DNA of 64,000 nt from Schmidtea polychroa. Its lineage: Eukaryota. Below are positions 11,009 to 24,472 of this stretch, one piece after another. A program made the translations under genes and the position numbers. Under the pieces are notes generated by a model that was not told the DNA's origin, made no database searches, and was given only the letters and a program-made list of their open reading frames with translations. Location: assembly GCA_044892525.1 (NCBI GenBank), contig CM097885.1, positions 4,280,001 to 4,344,000 on the forward strand, in the 5' to 3' direction. Numbering within the stretch: the stretch's first letter is position 1; the number at the start of each line of letters is the position of its first letter.

Positions 11009-12340
11009 AAATTTTTTAAATTATTAAATTAAATTTTAAATGCTAAAAATTTTAAAAACAATAATATATTAATTTAAGTATAATTTTTTTTAAAATAATT
11101 AAATGTTTCTGCTACCAAGAAATCACTTTATAAATTTATTAATTGTATTAATTATTAATTATATCAAATTTTTTAATAAAAATATTTTAATCTTTAAAAA
11201 TTATAATTTAAATAATATATTAATTTTTTAAATTTTAACAATCAATTATAAAAATATTTTTAAAAGAAAACAATTAAAATTCATTAATGTTTTACAGATC
11301 TAGTTGTACTTGAATGGAGAGGACAGACAGTTGGAGAGGGGGGGGGGGGCATTTGGTAATGTTTACTAATTGAATCCTTATCAAATTTCATTACTTGTGC
11401 TTATATAGATTTAATGAAATGTTTTTCGTTTTTCATTGGCCAGATTTCCTCTAATCAAATCTTTGGAATAATTCAATTTTGTTATTGATTTTTCCATTCC
11501 TAAGCTAAATTAAATTCTGCGATTTGATTTGCCAATTTATTAGCCAATGAAATTAGAATATAAATTTATCTTTAATTTTTCTTTGGGTATGAAGGACATG
11601 ATGGAAATTATATAGATTTCATTCCAACTAATTCATCGTGCAAGACGTGTAGAACTTTCAAAGCCACTTGATAGCATTTGGTGTACATTTACACAAATGA
11701 TTTCTGATTTCTGTGACCCCCCTATGGATTTCTATTCAATTTTTTGTCATTTAAACTTGACAGTCCTCATTCGGACAATATTTAAACATTGAGATGGAGA
11801 TCCGCGTCAACAGCGATAGGGGTAAGAAATCCGTTAATCCTACCATCAAATAATCAGAGAAGTGGAGGAGGGGGGGGGGGTATAATTACCTGATTTTGAA
11901 CAGGCCGTTAATATACGCATATGTCTAGTTTGTAAGATAATAAATGTATTTATATAAATTTGATATGCGGCTCATACAAATATGATATTAAATTTACTCT
12001 AAAGATTGAATGGTCAAATTCTGCGATCTGAACGCAATCTCATTGGATACGATTCAGAAGGTCCTTAGAAATTTCATTGAATATCACATTAAAAACTTTA
12101 TTTTTATTGTATGATTTTATAGTACAATAAATGTCTTGATTTACATTAATTTGCAACAGGTAGGGCGTTGAGACGTTCTTTTGTACGTTTATATAATGGA
12201 AGGGGTTCCAAGATTTAAAGGAGTTTAAGTTTGACATTATTCTGAAATGGATAGATCATAGCGGAAAATTGACGTACTTCATAACATTGATGAATGTTTT
12301 CATAATGATTGTCTTGATTCAATTAATCGTTTATGATTTC

Positions 12341-12771
12341 CAGGGCCGTAACAAGGGTGGTGCGAGCGGTGCAGTCGCACATGGCGCACATCTGAAAGGG
12401 GCGCAAAATTGGAATGTAACATTTTTTAATGTTACCAAAAATTAACAAAATATAAATAAAAGAAATTATCAAATGGGCTGCAAAACGATGCCCTAGCTAG
12501 CCTACCTTTAACATTGCTGATTGGACTGGTCCATTAGCGTGCCTTCGTAGGTGTGTATTTTGTAAAATGTTAGTCCACAAAATGGGTTCCTGTCATTTCT
12601 TCAATTAGCAACAGAATTTTAAGAGCATTACTATCTATTATAATAGTTAACATAGTTAACAATCTCAACATGAATATTATAATTATTATAGCAGGCTGAT
12701 TTGAATTCGGGTTTTAGGGGCGCCAGATATATGAATTGCACAGGGCGCAATAATGCCTTGTTACGGCCCTG
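12341..12771. mobile_element. hAT MITE
   Basis: Perfect 16-bp TIR CAGGGCCGTAACAAGG and perfect 8-bp TSD ATGATTTC. Confidence 0.95.
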
Positions 12772-15054
12772 ATGATTTCTGTAGACCAAATTATTAATAA
12801 CTAAATTATGAAATTAACACTATTAAATTAGAAATAAGCACTATTAACTGTCAAGGTCAAATTAATAAACTCATTCTCAGCCTGTGTGCCATGAGAAGTT
12901 TAGAAAATATTTCAAATTGCTAGTTTTTAAGGAAATTTTAAAATTACATTGTTAAATCTTTCGAGGTGATTATAAAATTAATTTAGTGCGTCACCGACCA
13001 AAAAAGGCTGCGAATCACTACATTAATATATAGAAAGCCCTAAAATAGAGATATTAACATACAATATAATATAAAATTTTAGGCAAACTCTGTAAATGTA
13101 GAAGGAGTAGCTGCGATATTATTATTATTTCTACTTTTACCAAAGGCCCTTAAATTAGACTCCATCCTTTTTCATAAAAATAGTAAGTTGAACTCCTTTG
13201 CCTCGAGGCACTTGGTTGTATTGCCCCAATAATAGATGCTAGGTGCATAGATCTGGTCACAAGATTTTGGAATGGTTGAAATGATTTTATTGCGTAAGTT
13301 CCCTTATTATGTGTCCCTTCCTGTATCTACCTATTTCCCTTAAAATGCTAAATTTCGTCTCCAGAGCATTTAATTAAGACTATGAGGGCAACAAATTACC
13401 GTTAAATAAAGAAAAATTTAATAATGGAGCCGAAATTATTTTCCCAGTTTAAAAGGGGATGAAATTGTTCGTCAACAATTCCTATTAGCAATGGCGATTG
13501 AGGGGCAATTTGTGTACACGGAAGCATTTCGCAAAGGCTATTATGTGTGACTCTGTCAATTATTGTAATTGTTTCCCATAGTCAGGCCGAGGTTGAGAAT
13601 TATTTATGATTGCTCCATCAGTCGAGGGATTTCAATAATGAATATTTCCCAATAAGAAATGTCAGTGAAAGATAGCAGCCCTATTTCCTTTGAAATCCTT
13701 AATCCTTCCTACCTTCACCCCCTCCCCCTTCTCAGGTGCCACGTTGAGTTACAGAATTTAATAAATATCCGATAATAGTTGACATCATTATTTTAATTTT
13801 TATTTAAGTAAATTTTTAGATTTTGTTTAAACGTGGTCATTTTTTAATATTTTGTTTAAATGAAGCGATTTTTAATATTTGCTTAATTGAAGTGCTTAAT
13901 GATAAATTCCCATACTGTTACAAATAAACACAGGAAGTATTTTGCTTTGGTGACTTCACATAATTAATGTTGTTTGTCTGAACTCATTCCCACGCCTTTT
14001 GCTAGCTTAATTTATATTGTTTTCAATAAATTTAATTAATCTCTTTGTCAAATAAATGGAAATTTTAATCTCATTTCTTAAATTCCTCGGGTCATGGTTG
14101 AGTGATTTAAGAAATAACGGATCCTTTCTGCACAGAAGGAAAATTATGTTAATGAAGATTAGATTTAATCCTCCTCAATAGGGAAATTTCAGACATGCAT
14201 TTAAACAAACTAATAAATTCTAACAAATATAAGAATCCCCCTCCCGTTATGTTGACTACAGTACAAAGGAGTAAAAAATATTAACTGAATTATATTATTA
14301 TATATTACTCATGTAATGTCAGTAGCTAATTTTATGCAGAATTTTATTATGAATTCAATTTTTGTTAATTAGGCTTTTACTAACCTTTTCACCCCCCCTC
14401 CTATTTATGCATTTGAAATATAATTGGCTAGAATTTTTAATTGTTATCAAATGTGAGGTTAAGGCAAATTTATTAGGTCTATTTACTTTTTAAGTGATTT
14501 AGCTATATTCAGGGTGGCATACTTGACGTGGCGTTTGTGACCCGAGCCTTCCAGTCATCCAACTCTCGCATAAATCATTTAATAAGATAACATTTAGTGA
14601 TTATGACGTGTAGAAATGAGATATTGAGAGTTCCGAATCTGGGACGGTCCGTGGTAACCTTGACAGACTGAGATGGCACTGAGTCACGAGCTGTCATCTA
14701 GATGAGTCCGTCATTTCTGCAACGATCTCTGCAGTTCGCAACTGCGAGTATGAACTGAATTCCAGCGGAATTAGACTCAATTCTTCATCCGATCCCTAAT
14801 AATACTCGATCAGTGGAGCTTACCTGAAATCCTATGAAAAAGGCAGCTTGAGTACCCTTTGTCATTTTACAAGAGCAATGTTCCTCTCACCTTTAGATTT
14901 GTTACGGCGATAAGTTCTACTAGTGTAAATATATTACAGAAAACCGTTTTATGATGAGGCAATAGCATAATGAAGGAAACGGAACTTGATTATACTGGAT
15001 ATTGGGCCTCGAAATCGAGATTCCAATGTATATATTTGTTCATTGACATGCATT

Positions 15055-15118
15055 TATACAATACTTATACAATACTAATACAATACTTATACAATACTTA
15101 TACAATTTCTTTATACAA
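15055..15118. repeat. 11-bp tandem repeat (TATACAATACT)n, ~5 units
   Basis: Direct reading. Confidence 0.8.
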
Positions 15119-15640
15119 TCCTTTATCAGTAGTTTTATTCATTTCCCTGCAAGCAATCATCAAGAGGGGCTTATAATCAAATGGTTAGCAAATTAAAATT
15201 ACACCATCCTAAAAACAATGACCACTGAAACACTGGACTGAAAATAATGAGAAATTCTACGCATATGACTAATAAATCAACATTAAAAATATATAAATTA
15301 ACATCAGCGCGTTCAGCTCATTGATGTCCCGACGTTCGTTTATATTCATGTCAGTTAGGTAGTATGAAATATCTGGTAATAGGAAGGATTTTTATTTTAG
15401 GATTGCCTACACCATCATTTCATTCTCGCCTTTTGAGCTCAGTAGGTTCAGTACTTCCCTAAAGTGGTAATAGACTATTGAAAATTATTTTTGTGACAAT
15501 ATCTTCATTTTCAAGACTAACAGATATCAAAAATCAATTAAGAAGCATAATGACCCAGAATAGAGGTTGTCTTCATTGAGTATTTTCTTTTAATCTACTA
15601 TTTAGTTTTAAATGTATATTTAGCCTTACATGGATTGAAT

Positions 15641-15888
15641 CAGTATTGGTGTATAGCACAGTATTGGTGTATATCATAGTATTGTTGTATATCACAGTAT
15701 TGGTGAATATCATAGTATTGATGTATATCACAGTATTGGTGTATATCCCAGTATTGGTGTATATCATAGTATTGTTGTATATCACAGTATTGGTGAATAT
15801 CATAGTATTGTTGTATATCACAGTATTGGTGTATATCACAGTATTGGTGTATATCCCAGTATCGATGTATATCATAGTATTGATGTAT
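15641..15888. repeat. 18-bp minisatellite (CAGTATTGGTGTATATCA)n, ~14 units
   Basis: Direct reading; the unit is a multiple of 3, which explains the three overlapping repetitive ORFs. Confidence 0.95.
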
Positions 15889-17357
15889 TGTATTATCTAT
15901 CATGTAACTTGTACACTTAGAAATGGGAGCTGAAAGGGCTTGATAAGTGGAATAGCCTAAATCCGGCCCTGATTAAGCTTCAGCAGGTTATTAATGTAAT
16001 TAATAAAATTCCAAATAGACATAAGGTTAAAGCATGTAGAATAATTGCAGATATATTCAGTGCAATACATCTGGCTTATGGCTTGGAATGTTGACATTTG
16101 CCATTGAAAATATTGCTACAATTCAATAATAATAATGATAATGATAATGATAATATTATTATATTATTTAATTGTAAATAATGACTGGGGAAACATTGCT
16201 CCAGATCTCCCAGTTGAAATAAGAAGTTGGGCGCATCATATCCTCTGGGTTTGGCTTGCAACGTCACCTTATATAGTGCCGCCACTGGCCCATGTCAACT
16301 GCACTTGGTCATCAACTGATTATCTGCCAGCATCCAACGAAAATGAAATGTTTTTTTCTAAATAAAAACTAATTTTCTAAATGAGTTGAAACATGATAAA
16401 ATGGAATGAATCAGTATTTGTTGTGGCCTTGAGAGGGAGCCGTGCGGACTTTACTGTAACATGTCGCTGAGTCTTCACTGCCACTCAGCTATGTGAGCTA
16501 TGTCAGCTATGACTGGCAGCGTCGGATGGCGTGATTCATTAAATCATATCATCAAATATGGTTGACACGGTGTATGAGTACCAGGAGGACTCGTTTCAAA
16601 CCAAACAAACATTAATAATCGCAAGGTTGATGATAAAGAAAGTAAATAAATTGTTTACATCAATTATTATCACCGACACGGACGCCCAAAGCACCTAGCC
16701 AGCCTCAAGAGCCAACGAGTGACCTTAAACTGATTCTTAACGTGTCATTTAATAGAATAGTATTAATAAATTCTATAATGAAAATTAATATTTCATAACG
16801 TTCAATGTACGCATCCCCCTCCCCCTCCCCCCTCTCCCCCTCCCCTCTCCTCCCCCTGCTAGGAGTGTACTAGGAGAAACTTGAATAGTAATTGACCCGG
16901 GAAAATCTCTGTAGCATAATGCTGTCGAGCAGCTGAGCATGGCAGCTAGCATAGTAATTATTTCACCCACCGGATAGACGGGAATGAGGTACATTCGATG
17001 TGCCATTTGTTTAAATGAAGTCGGCCAAATGACGGCGAGGGGGGAATTATATTTTTCCCATTGCTTATAATGAGAATTCAATTAAAAATATTTCTTTTTT
17101 TCGTCCGAATAAACAATTTTAATAGAAATTTTTACGGGCTTTTCTGAACGATTTATGGAAATAATTTAATGAGTTTTGTAAAGCATTGAAACGGGAATCA
17201 GAGGAATTATTCCCGTCAGTTTTGGATTAGTTCTTGCAGATTCTTATTCACGCTGCTTTGGCATTTCCATGGATAAATGGCTAATATTCATATTATTTAT
17301 TAATTAAATTAATATCCACCAATCACATTCATTCATATTTGAAATTTTTCTTTCTCT

Positions 17358-17358
<1 letters not shown>

Positions 17359-17434
<76 letters not shown>

Positions 17435-17702
17435 AATAATAATAATAATAATAAATAAATAATAATAAATAACAATAATAAATAATAATATTAATATTAT
17501 GAAGTGATGATTGCTTGGTAGCAGCATTTATTATTTAAAACAATAAAATGATAATTTAAGCCTTTTGCTGCAAATAATGTATTTAATGAAAAGAATTTCG
17601 ACTATAAGATAATCCTTTTCTTATAGTCGAAAATATTTTCATTAAATACATTATTTGCAGCAAAGGGCTTAAATTATCACTTTATTGTTTAATATAATAA
17701 TC

Positions 17703-17793
<91 letters not shown>
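17359..17793. repeat. (AAT)n tracts (17359-17490, 17704-17793) flanking the hairpin element
   Basis: Direct reading. Confidence 0.95.
17528..17700. repeat. Long inverted repeat / hairpin element (82-bp arms, 9-nt loop)
   Basis: 17528-17609 vs rc of 17619-17700 with ~6 mismatches; single-arm copies at ~34723-34785 and ~700-726. Confidence 0.9.
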
Positions 17794-17796
<3 letters not shown>

Positions 17797-17804
17797 CTAA
17801 GCAG

Positions 17805-18650
17805 AACTGATTTCGTTTATAAAACTTTATTAAATATAAATACGATAAATATGATTTACAGATTATAATTTCAATACAAACAATAATGTAAATAAACTCA
17901 AAAATGCCGCAAAACCCTCTAAAGCAGGGGTGGGGAACCTGTGGCCTTTAGGCCGCATGTGGCCTCCCGGAGCTTCATGTGCGGCCTCCGGAGCCTTATC
18001 GAAATAAATCTTAATTTATATAAAAAACTTTGAATATTGAGGATTTACAAATAAAAATAATTGTAACTATTGAACTGTATTTATATCGTACTGTACAAGC
18101 ATCCCGTCGAGTACACAGAACGAAAAAAAAGTCAATCATTCACACCCATAAACACAAAATGTATGTAGAAGAATAAATAAGATTATTGAGCACCCATTTG
18201 TGAAATGATGACTTATTTGCATCAATTTTTCGATTCAGAAATAATAAAATTTTCCAGAATATTTCGTAAAGCTACATTTTTCAAATCTGGAGACTGATTA
18301 TAAAGAAAAGATTTAAAATGAAATTAATTAATGTTAAAATACTTTTTGACTGCGGCCTCATTTGGAGGCGACAAATTTCAATGTGACCTATGGAAATAAA
18401 AAGGTTTCCTTACCCCTGCTCTAAAGAGTGATATCGGTTTATATCCAATCGTCCCAACCCTTCGGTTGGGTATTTCTAAGTTGGCGAGAGCTGGATTCTA
18501 ATTTATCTACAGTATCACGCTAATGTGAGAGATAAAAATGTGAGATTCCCAAAATGTACAACAGCGTTTCCTAATTTCTTAACTTCTGCAATTGACAAAC
18601 ACCAAAGCAAAACTGACAAATCCCTTCCCCTAGGAATTGGTACAAGCGAT
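17805..18650. repeat. Dispersed repeat, copy B, interrupted by a hAT MITE
   Basis: Aligns with 2855-3135 once 17925-18418 plus one TSD copy is removed. Confidence 0.7.
17925..18418. mobile_element. hAT (Charlie-like) MITE
   Basis: TIRs CAGGGGTGGGGAACCT / AGGTTTCCTTACCCCTG; perfect 8-bp TSD CTCTAAAG. Confidence 0.92.
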
Positions 18651-19005
18651 TTAACAAAAATTAGTTTATAATATAAAAAAAATTTAATTATTATTTTCCG
18701 GGAGAAAAGGATGTCGGTAAGTAGCAAATGAAAATATGAACTTGAATATAATAATTTCAAATCGATGGGGGCCCCAAGGAATAATTTATTATGATAATAT
18801 AGTCAATTTAAATAAGAATATCAAACTGGAATGAGATCACTTAATGTTTTTTTCAGGATGTTCGGTTTTTTTTCCTGATAATTGAAAGAGGAAAGCGAAC
18901 AAGGATTGTAGACGATTTGCCTTCATTATCTAAGGAATCGAAGCAAAAATCGACAGTCACTGCGAATGTATTCAGAAAAATGTTATTAGTGTTTGAGACG
19001 GTTTC

Positions 19006-19202
19006 CCGTAGGGCCAGCAATCCGTAGGGCCAGCAATCCGTAGGGCTAGCAATCCGTAGGGCCAGCAATCCGTAGGCCCAGCAATCCATAGGCCCAGCAA
19101 TCCGTAGGCCCAGCAATCCGTAGGGCCAGCAATCCGTAGGGCCAGCAATCCCTAGGCCCAGCAATCCCTAGGCCCAGCAATCCGTAGGGCCACCAATCCC
19201 TA
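19006..19202. repeat. GC-rich 16-bp tandem array (CCGTAGGGCCAGCAAT) x12
   Basis: 12 full units plus a partial unit, head-to-tail with no spacers. Confidence 0.95.
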
Positions 19203-19854
19203 TAATGAAACTAAGAATTGAACTTTGTCATTGTTATTGAATATTGAACAGTTGTGATTATTGTGATAAAAATAAAGTTTATTGTGTTGAGTTTGTCATT
19301 AGGAAGATTCAGATTATAATCCATTCCTTACTGAAGAACAATAATAATGAATTAGAGAAATAATTTCTAATAGTCCCCCTCTAAGGTTTAAATTATACAA
19401 TATAATTCTTTTGTCCCTCCCCATGAATAATTTCATCTCACAATATTGTAGTAAATGTTTCAATAATATTATCCAGTGTAAATTATCATGCTAATAGGAA
19501 TTTGTCCCTTACATTCATCCTCTTTTGGTTGGACCCTTTATTGAGGCAGTCAAGCGTAAATAGGTAGTAAGTTTTCCAGGGGTTTTCACTTCTTATAACA
19601 CACCGTATAGTGAAAATGAGGAATTGAAGTAATTTAGGAAATAACCTTTTCTAGGTAATTTGAGCGATTTCATAATTTAACATCAATAACAATAAACCAA
19701 AGGGCTAACACGAATATTGTGGGAAAATGGCGTTAGGTGAGCCATTTCATTTACGAACCAAATTGCCAACTTTTAGAAGGCTGATTTAAAAATATGCCTC
19801 CAAAGTTCCTTTTATCAAATATCAGACCCTTTCATTAACACTTATCTCATATAG

Positions 19855-20111
19855 CAGGGATGGCCAACAAGTCGATCGGCGAGCTATTTTTGGTATATCT
19901 CAAAGTATTTGAAAGCTATGCCATCTCTTAAAATTACATAATTTGCCAAAAGAAAATGTATTTAATAAAAAAATTTTAAGTTCTTTCTGTAATTCAATTA
20001 TTTTATTTTATAACTTTATTTATTTACTCGTTTTTTGTCTTACTTGGTAGGTCAGTATTTATTTTATAATGCCAAAGTCGATTGCAAGTTAAAACAAGTG
20101 GGCCACTCGTG
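19855..20111. mobile_element. hAT MITE (degenerate TIRs)
   Basis: Ends CAGGGATGGCCAAC / GTGGGCCACTCGTG; perfect 8-bp TSD TCATATAG. Confidence 0.85.
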
Positions 20112-22035
20112 TCATATAGAATTTATCCTTTTTCCATTTTTTCAATTTTGGTTTTCTTTTTCAATTAAATATTCATCCAATAGAATTAATTTAAAATGTA
20201 AAATAATATATTTATTAATTTATTTATTAATATATTTATTAAATTTTTTATAATAAAATATTTTACTAGTAAATTAATAATTATATAATAAGATTTATTA
20301 TTAACTTAAGTCATTATTTGCTCTATCTCTTTTTGTTTAATAGTCAACAAATCTCTTCATATCAACCATATTCATTCAACCGTGACTAAGGATAGAGTTT
20401 TTTAATTTTGCATTACGATCGATTTGATTGGTGGAAAATCATAAAACAAAATTTATATTAAATAATTATATCATTGATTTAATTGAAGATTGCTGCAATT
20501 ATTCTGCTGAAACAATTGCACTCAATAAAAAAACAACAAATTCAAAAGCACTCGAACAGTATTGATTTATTAATTGCATTACACGCAAACAAGCACACCA
20601 ACACAGCAACATTTATCCACCAATCACAATTCCAGGGCTTATTAACCAATCAAATGGCAGTATTGAGATCATATTTATTCACTCGACCGGTTGACTGACC
20701 CGGGAGGGATTGACAAGGAAAAAATAAAAAAATAAAATTGTATCCTAATATGAGATGTCATTTTCTTACGCAAATTTATTCTATCGATTTTTTCAAAAAT
20801 TTTCCATGAAATCCAAAGCAAACTTTCTGGGGAAAAAATTCTAAAATTGATTTAGTTTCATTTCCAATTGGCCAGGGAGACTCGGTGGATAGATTTAAAC
20901 AAATTTGCATAAATATTTTTTGTTTGAATGAGATAGGGTAAACTTCTTTGGGTTGGCAATATTTTTCTAGGACACTCGCATTGTAGACCGGTGCTTGGAT
21001 ACGGCATTTCAGCCAGCTTTTCTGAGTACTGGTTGTTTTTAGGCCTTGGTTACCGTTGTTATGCAGTGTCATGCGTTTATAACTGCTGCCAATATTTAAT
21101 AGACATTTGTCTATTGATTGGAATTCGATAAACAAAAGATAAGTTATAGAGAGATTAAAAGTTAAACATTTTGATATTGATGGGGAGGATGTTTCTTGAT
21201 GGGAAACCTTGATAAAAATTTCAATGGGGAAATAAACATAATAATTGTCCCATTAATTTATGTAAAATGACTCATTCTAGGAAGCTGTTTGATGGCCAGC
21301 CGGTTGACTGGAGGATTCACGTAACAGTTGGATGCATTTCATTGCTTAAACCAGCTGATCACTCCGCTATCAATATTCTCCATGTTAAAGGTTTTATAGT
21401 TCCTATTGAAGGGTTTCAAGATTGCCATCGAGACCACCCGCAAGATTGTTGCAGGGGGGAATAAAATTTCGCTCCAACTCTCATAGATTCAAACTATTTT
21501 GGCAAATTAAAGCCCAAATATAAAAAACATTAAACGTTAAATAGAGTTAAATGGGGTTAGGCCTAAAATCCTTCATTGCCTTCCCTACGGCGTCATTATA
21601 TATATTTTTTTGAAGCCCCCCCCATGTTGGTCATGAATCAGTTCCATAATCACTACAGTCAAACTTTATTAATAATAAAATCTAATGAAAATTCATTTAA
21701 AAATAATTTTTATCAACTCTGATATAGCCTACGGACTAACCAGTTTTTCGCGTGTCTCTTTCACCCCTCCCCCCTTAATGTTTACGTTTCATAAATATCC
21801 CATTCCATTTATGGCAATTTTATTATCTAAATTGTAATAATAAATATAGAAAACAACTTACGTGATATATAATGTGATTATATTATTTGCCATGCTAATT
21901 CATTCAGTCACGCATCACTGAACTTCGCTTTCAAATAACAATGAACTCTATAAATTTATCTTTCTACGACTGAGGAAAACAATTATCATTTATACATTAT
22001 TGTATTATTTTGATGATGATGATGATTATGATAAA

Positions 22036-22966
<931 letters not shown>

Positions 22967-23322
22967 GTAAATGGAAACCAAATTGATGTAAAATATAAAT
23001 TTCTAAGCTACATCTAAATATCGTCCCTAAAATGAATTTAATTTGCATAAATCGCGCCGGGCTGAAATGAAGTTGAGAAAATGTCTGATTTATCATCCGA
23101 TCTGAAATGTCACAACGTATGTTCACATCAGACGCAGAGAGATATCGGAACAAAGATCCCATTTATTTGCTTGACACGGCAACCGGAATCCTGAATTTAT
23201 CAGGACGGGCAATCTTTGTTCGACAGTGAATAAGCCCAAAATTCTGATAGTTATTCAGACACTTTATTTTGTCAGTAGAATCGACAGAATGACAATTTTC
23301 ACTCTAGAACTTCATATTTATC

Positions 23323-23422
23323 AGGAGGGGCTGCGTTATGCTTTGTCATTTGCTAGGAAGGGGAGGGGGCTGTGTTATGCTTTGTCATTTGCCATGACGG
23401 GGAGGGGGCTGCGGTATGCTTT
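23323..23422. repeat. ~39-bp tandem repeat, ~2.5 units (GGAGGGGGCTGYGTTATGCTTTGTCATTTGC..)
   Basis: Direct reading. Confidence 0.85.
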
Positions 23423-23848
23423 ATCAACTAGAAACATGCATCAATGATATTCATGTTTATTCTTATCGAAATTATGAAACAATTCATGGAGAGATGTCAC
23501 AAAATAAAATTAATCATGTGTTTTTTGATTGAATTTGTTTGCATTGTTGAAACTTGTTTAGACGCGCTTCGGTCCGTAGGCCTCATTACTCAAACGCAAA
23601 ACAAACACTTCTATTTATCAATGTATCACCACATCAACAAATGATTGAATGCGTATTTTATTTTTTATTTGAGAATTTGTCAATTTACTGATTTGATTGA
23701 ATTCACAGGGGGGGTCCAAATTCCACAGTTAAGAATTTAGCATTTATGAGATAAGCTTGCTACCAACCGTATGATATTTGAATTTGACAATTTTGACAGG
23801 TGCACAGTTTAGTTGGAGCACAATAATAATAATAATAATAATAATAAT

Positions 23849-24226
23849 CAGTGCTCGAAGTGAGGCGGGATAGCCGGGATATTATCCCGGCATTGATTAT
23901 GTAGGCGGAATTGCATCCCGGCACTTCATTTCATATAATCTATAGGTTTATCCCGGTACTTATTTCATTTTATAGGCACACAAATACTGCAATTAAGGTC
24001 ACACATAGTACATCCATATATGTATGTATATATATATTCTTTATTCTCTATTCTCTATTCAATTAAGAATTTCCCAAGCAGCAGTAATGGATAGGTAGGT
24101 ATTTGTTGGACACCCCCCCCCAAGTTTTGCAACACCCCCAACTGAAAATTTCTGCATAAAAGCCTGGAATCCCGGGTGCCACAGCATGCCTATCCCGGCA
24201 CATATTTTGTTCCACTTCGAGCACTG
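23849..24226. mobile_element. hAT MITE inserted in an (AAT)n tract
   Basis: Perfect 14-bp TIR CAGTGCTCGAAGTG; ATAATAAT on both sides; internal ATCCCGGCA subterminal repeats. Confidence 0.92.
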
Positions 24227-24238
24227 ATAATAATAATG

Positions 24239-24304
<66 letters not shown>

Positions 24305-24390
24305 CTAAATGCATTAGAAAGTAGTATTGATAAAAGAAATAAATATGAACGAATACAACATCAGCTAGAGATCAATGCGGAATGAAGGGG

Positions 24391-24392
<2 letters not shown>

Positions 24393-24466
<74 letters not shown>
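24393..24466. repeat. (TA)n microsatellite
   Basis: Direct reading. Confidence 0.98.

Positions 24467-24472
<6 letters not shown>

Larger units (their letters stand above)
10430..11260 (-). mobile_element. Penelope-like retroelement remnant 1 (GIY-YIG C-terminal part, pLTR with hammerhead, inverted pLTR piece)
   Basis: Endonuclease fragment at 11008-10748, hammerhead at 10471-10509, inverted duplication 10588-10680 vs 11011-11105; homologous to 26400-27025. Confidence 0.85.

Noticed and set aside
15930..15971. Solo hAT-like right end AAATCCGGCCCTG
   Set aside because: No matching left TIR or TSD found, so element boundaries cannot be defined.
19006..19202. 16-bp array (and the 18-bp array at 15641) as a CRISPR or coding repeat
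   Set aside because: Head-to-tail units with no unique spacers, no cas genes, eukaryotic context.
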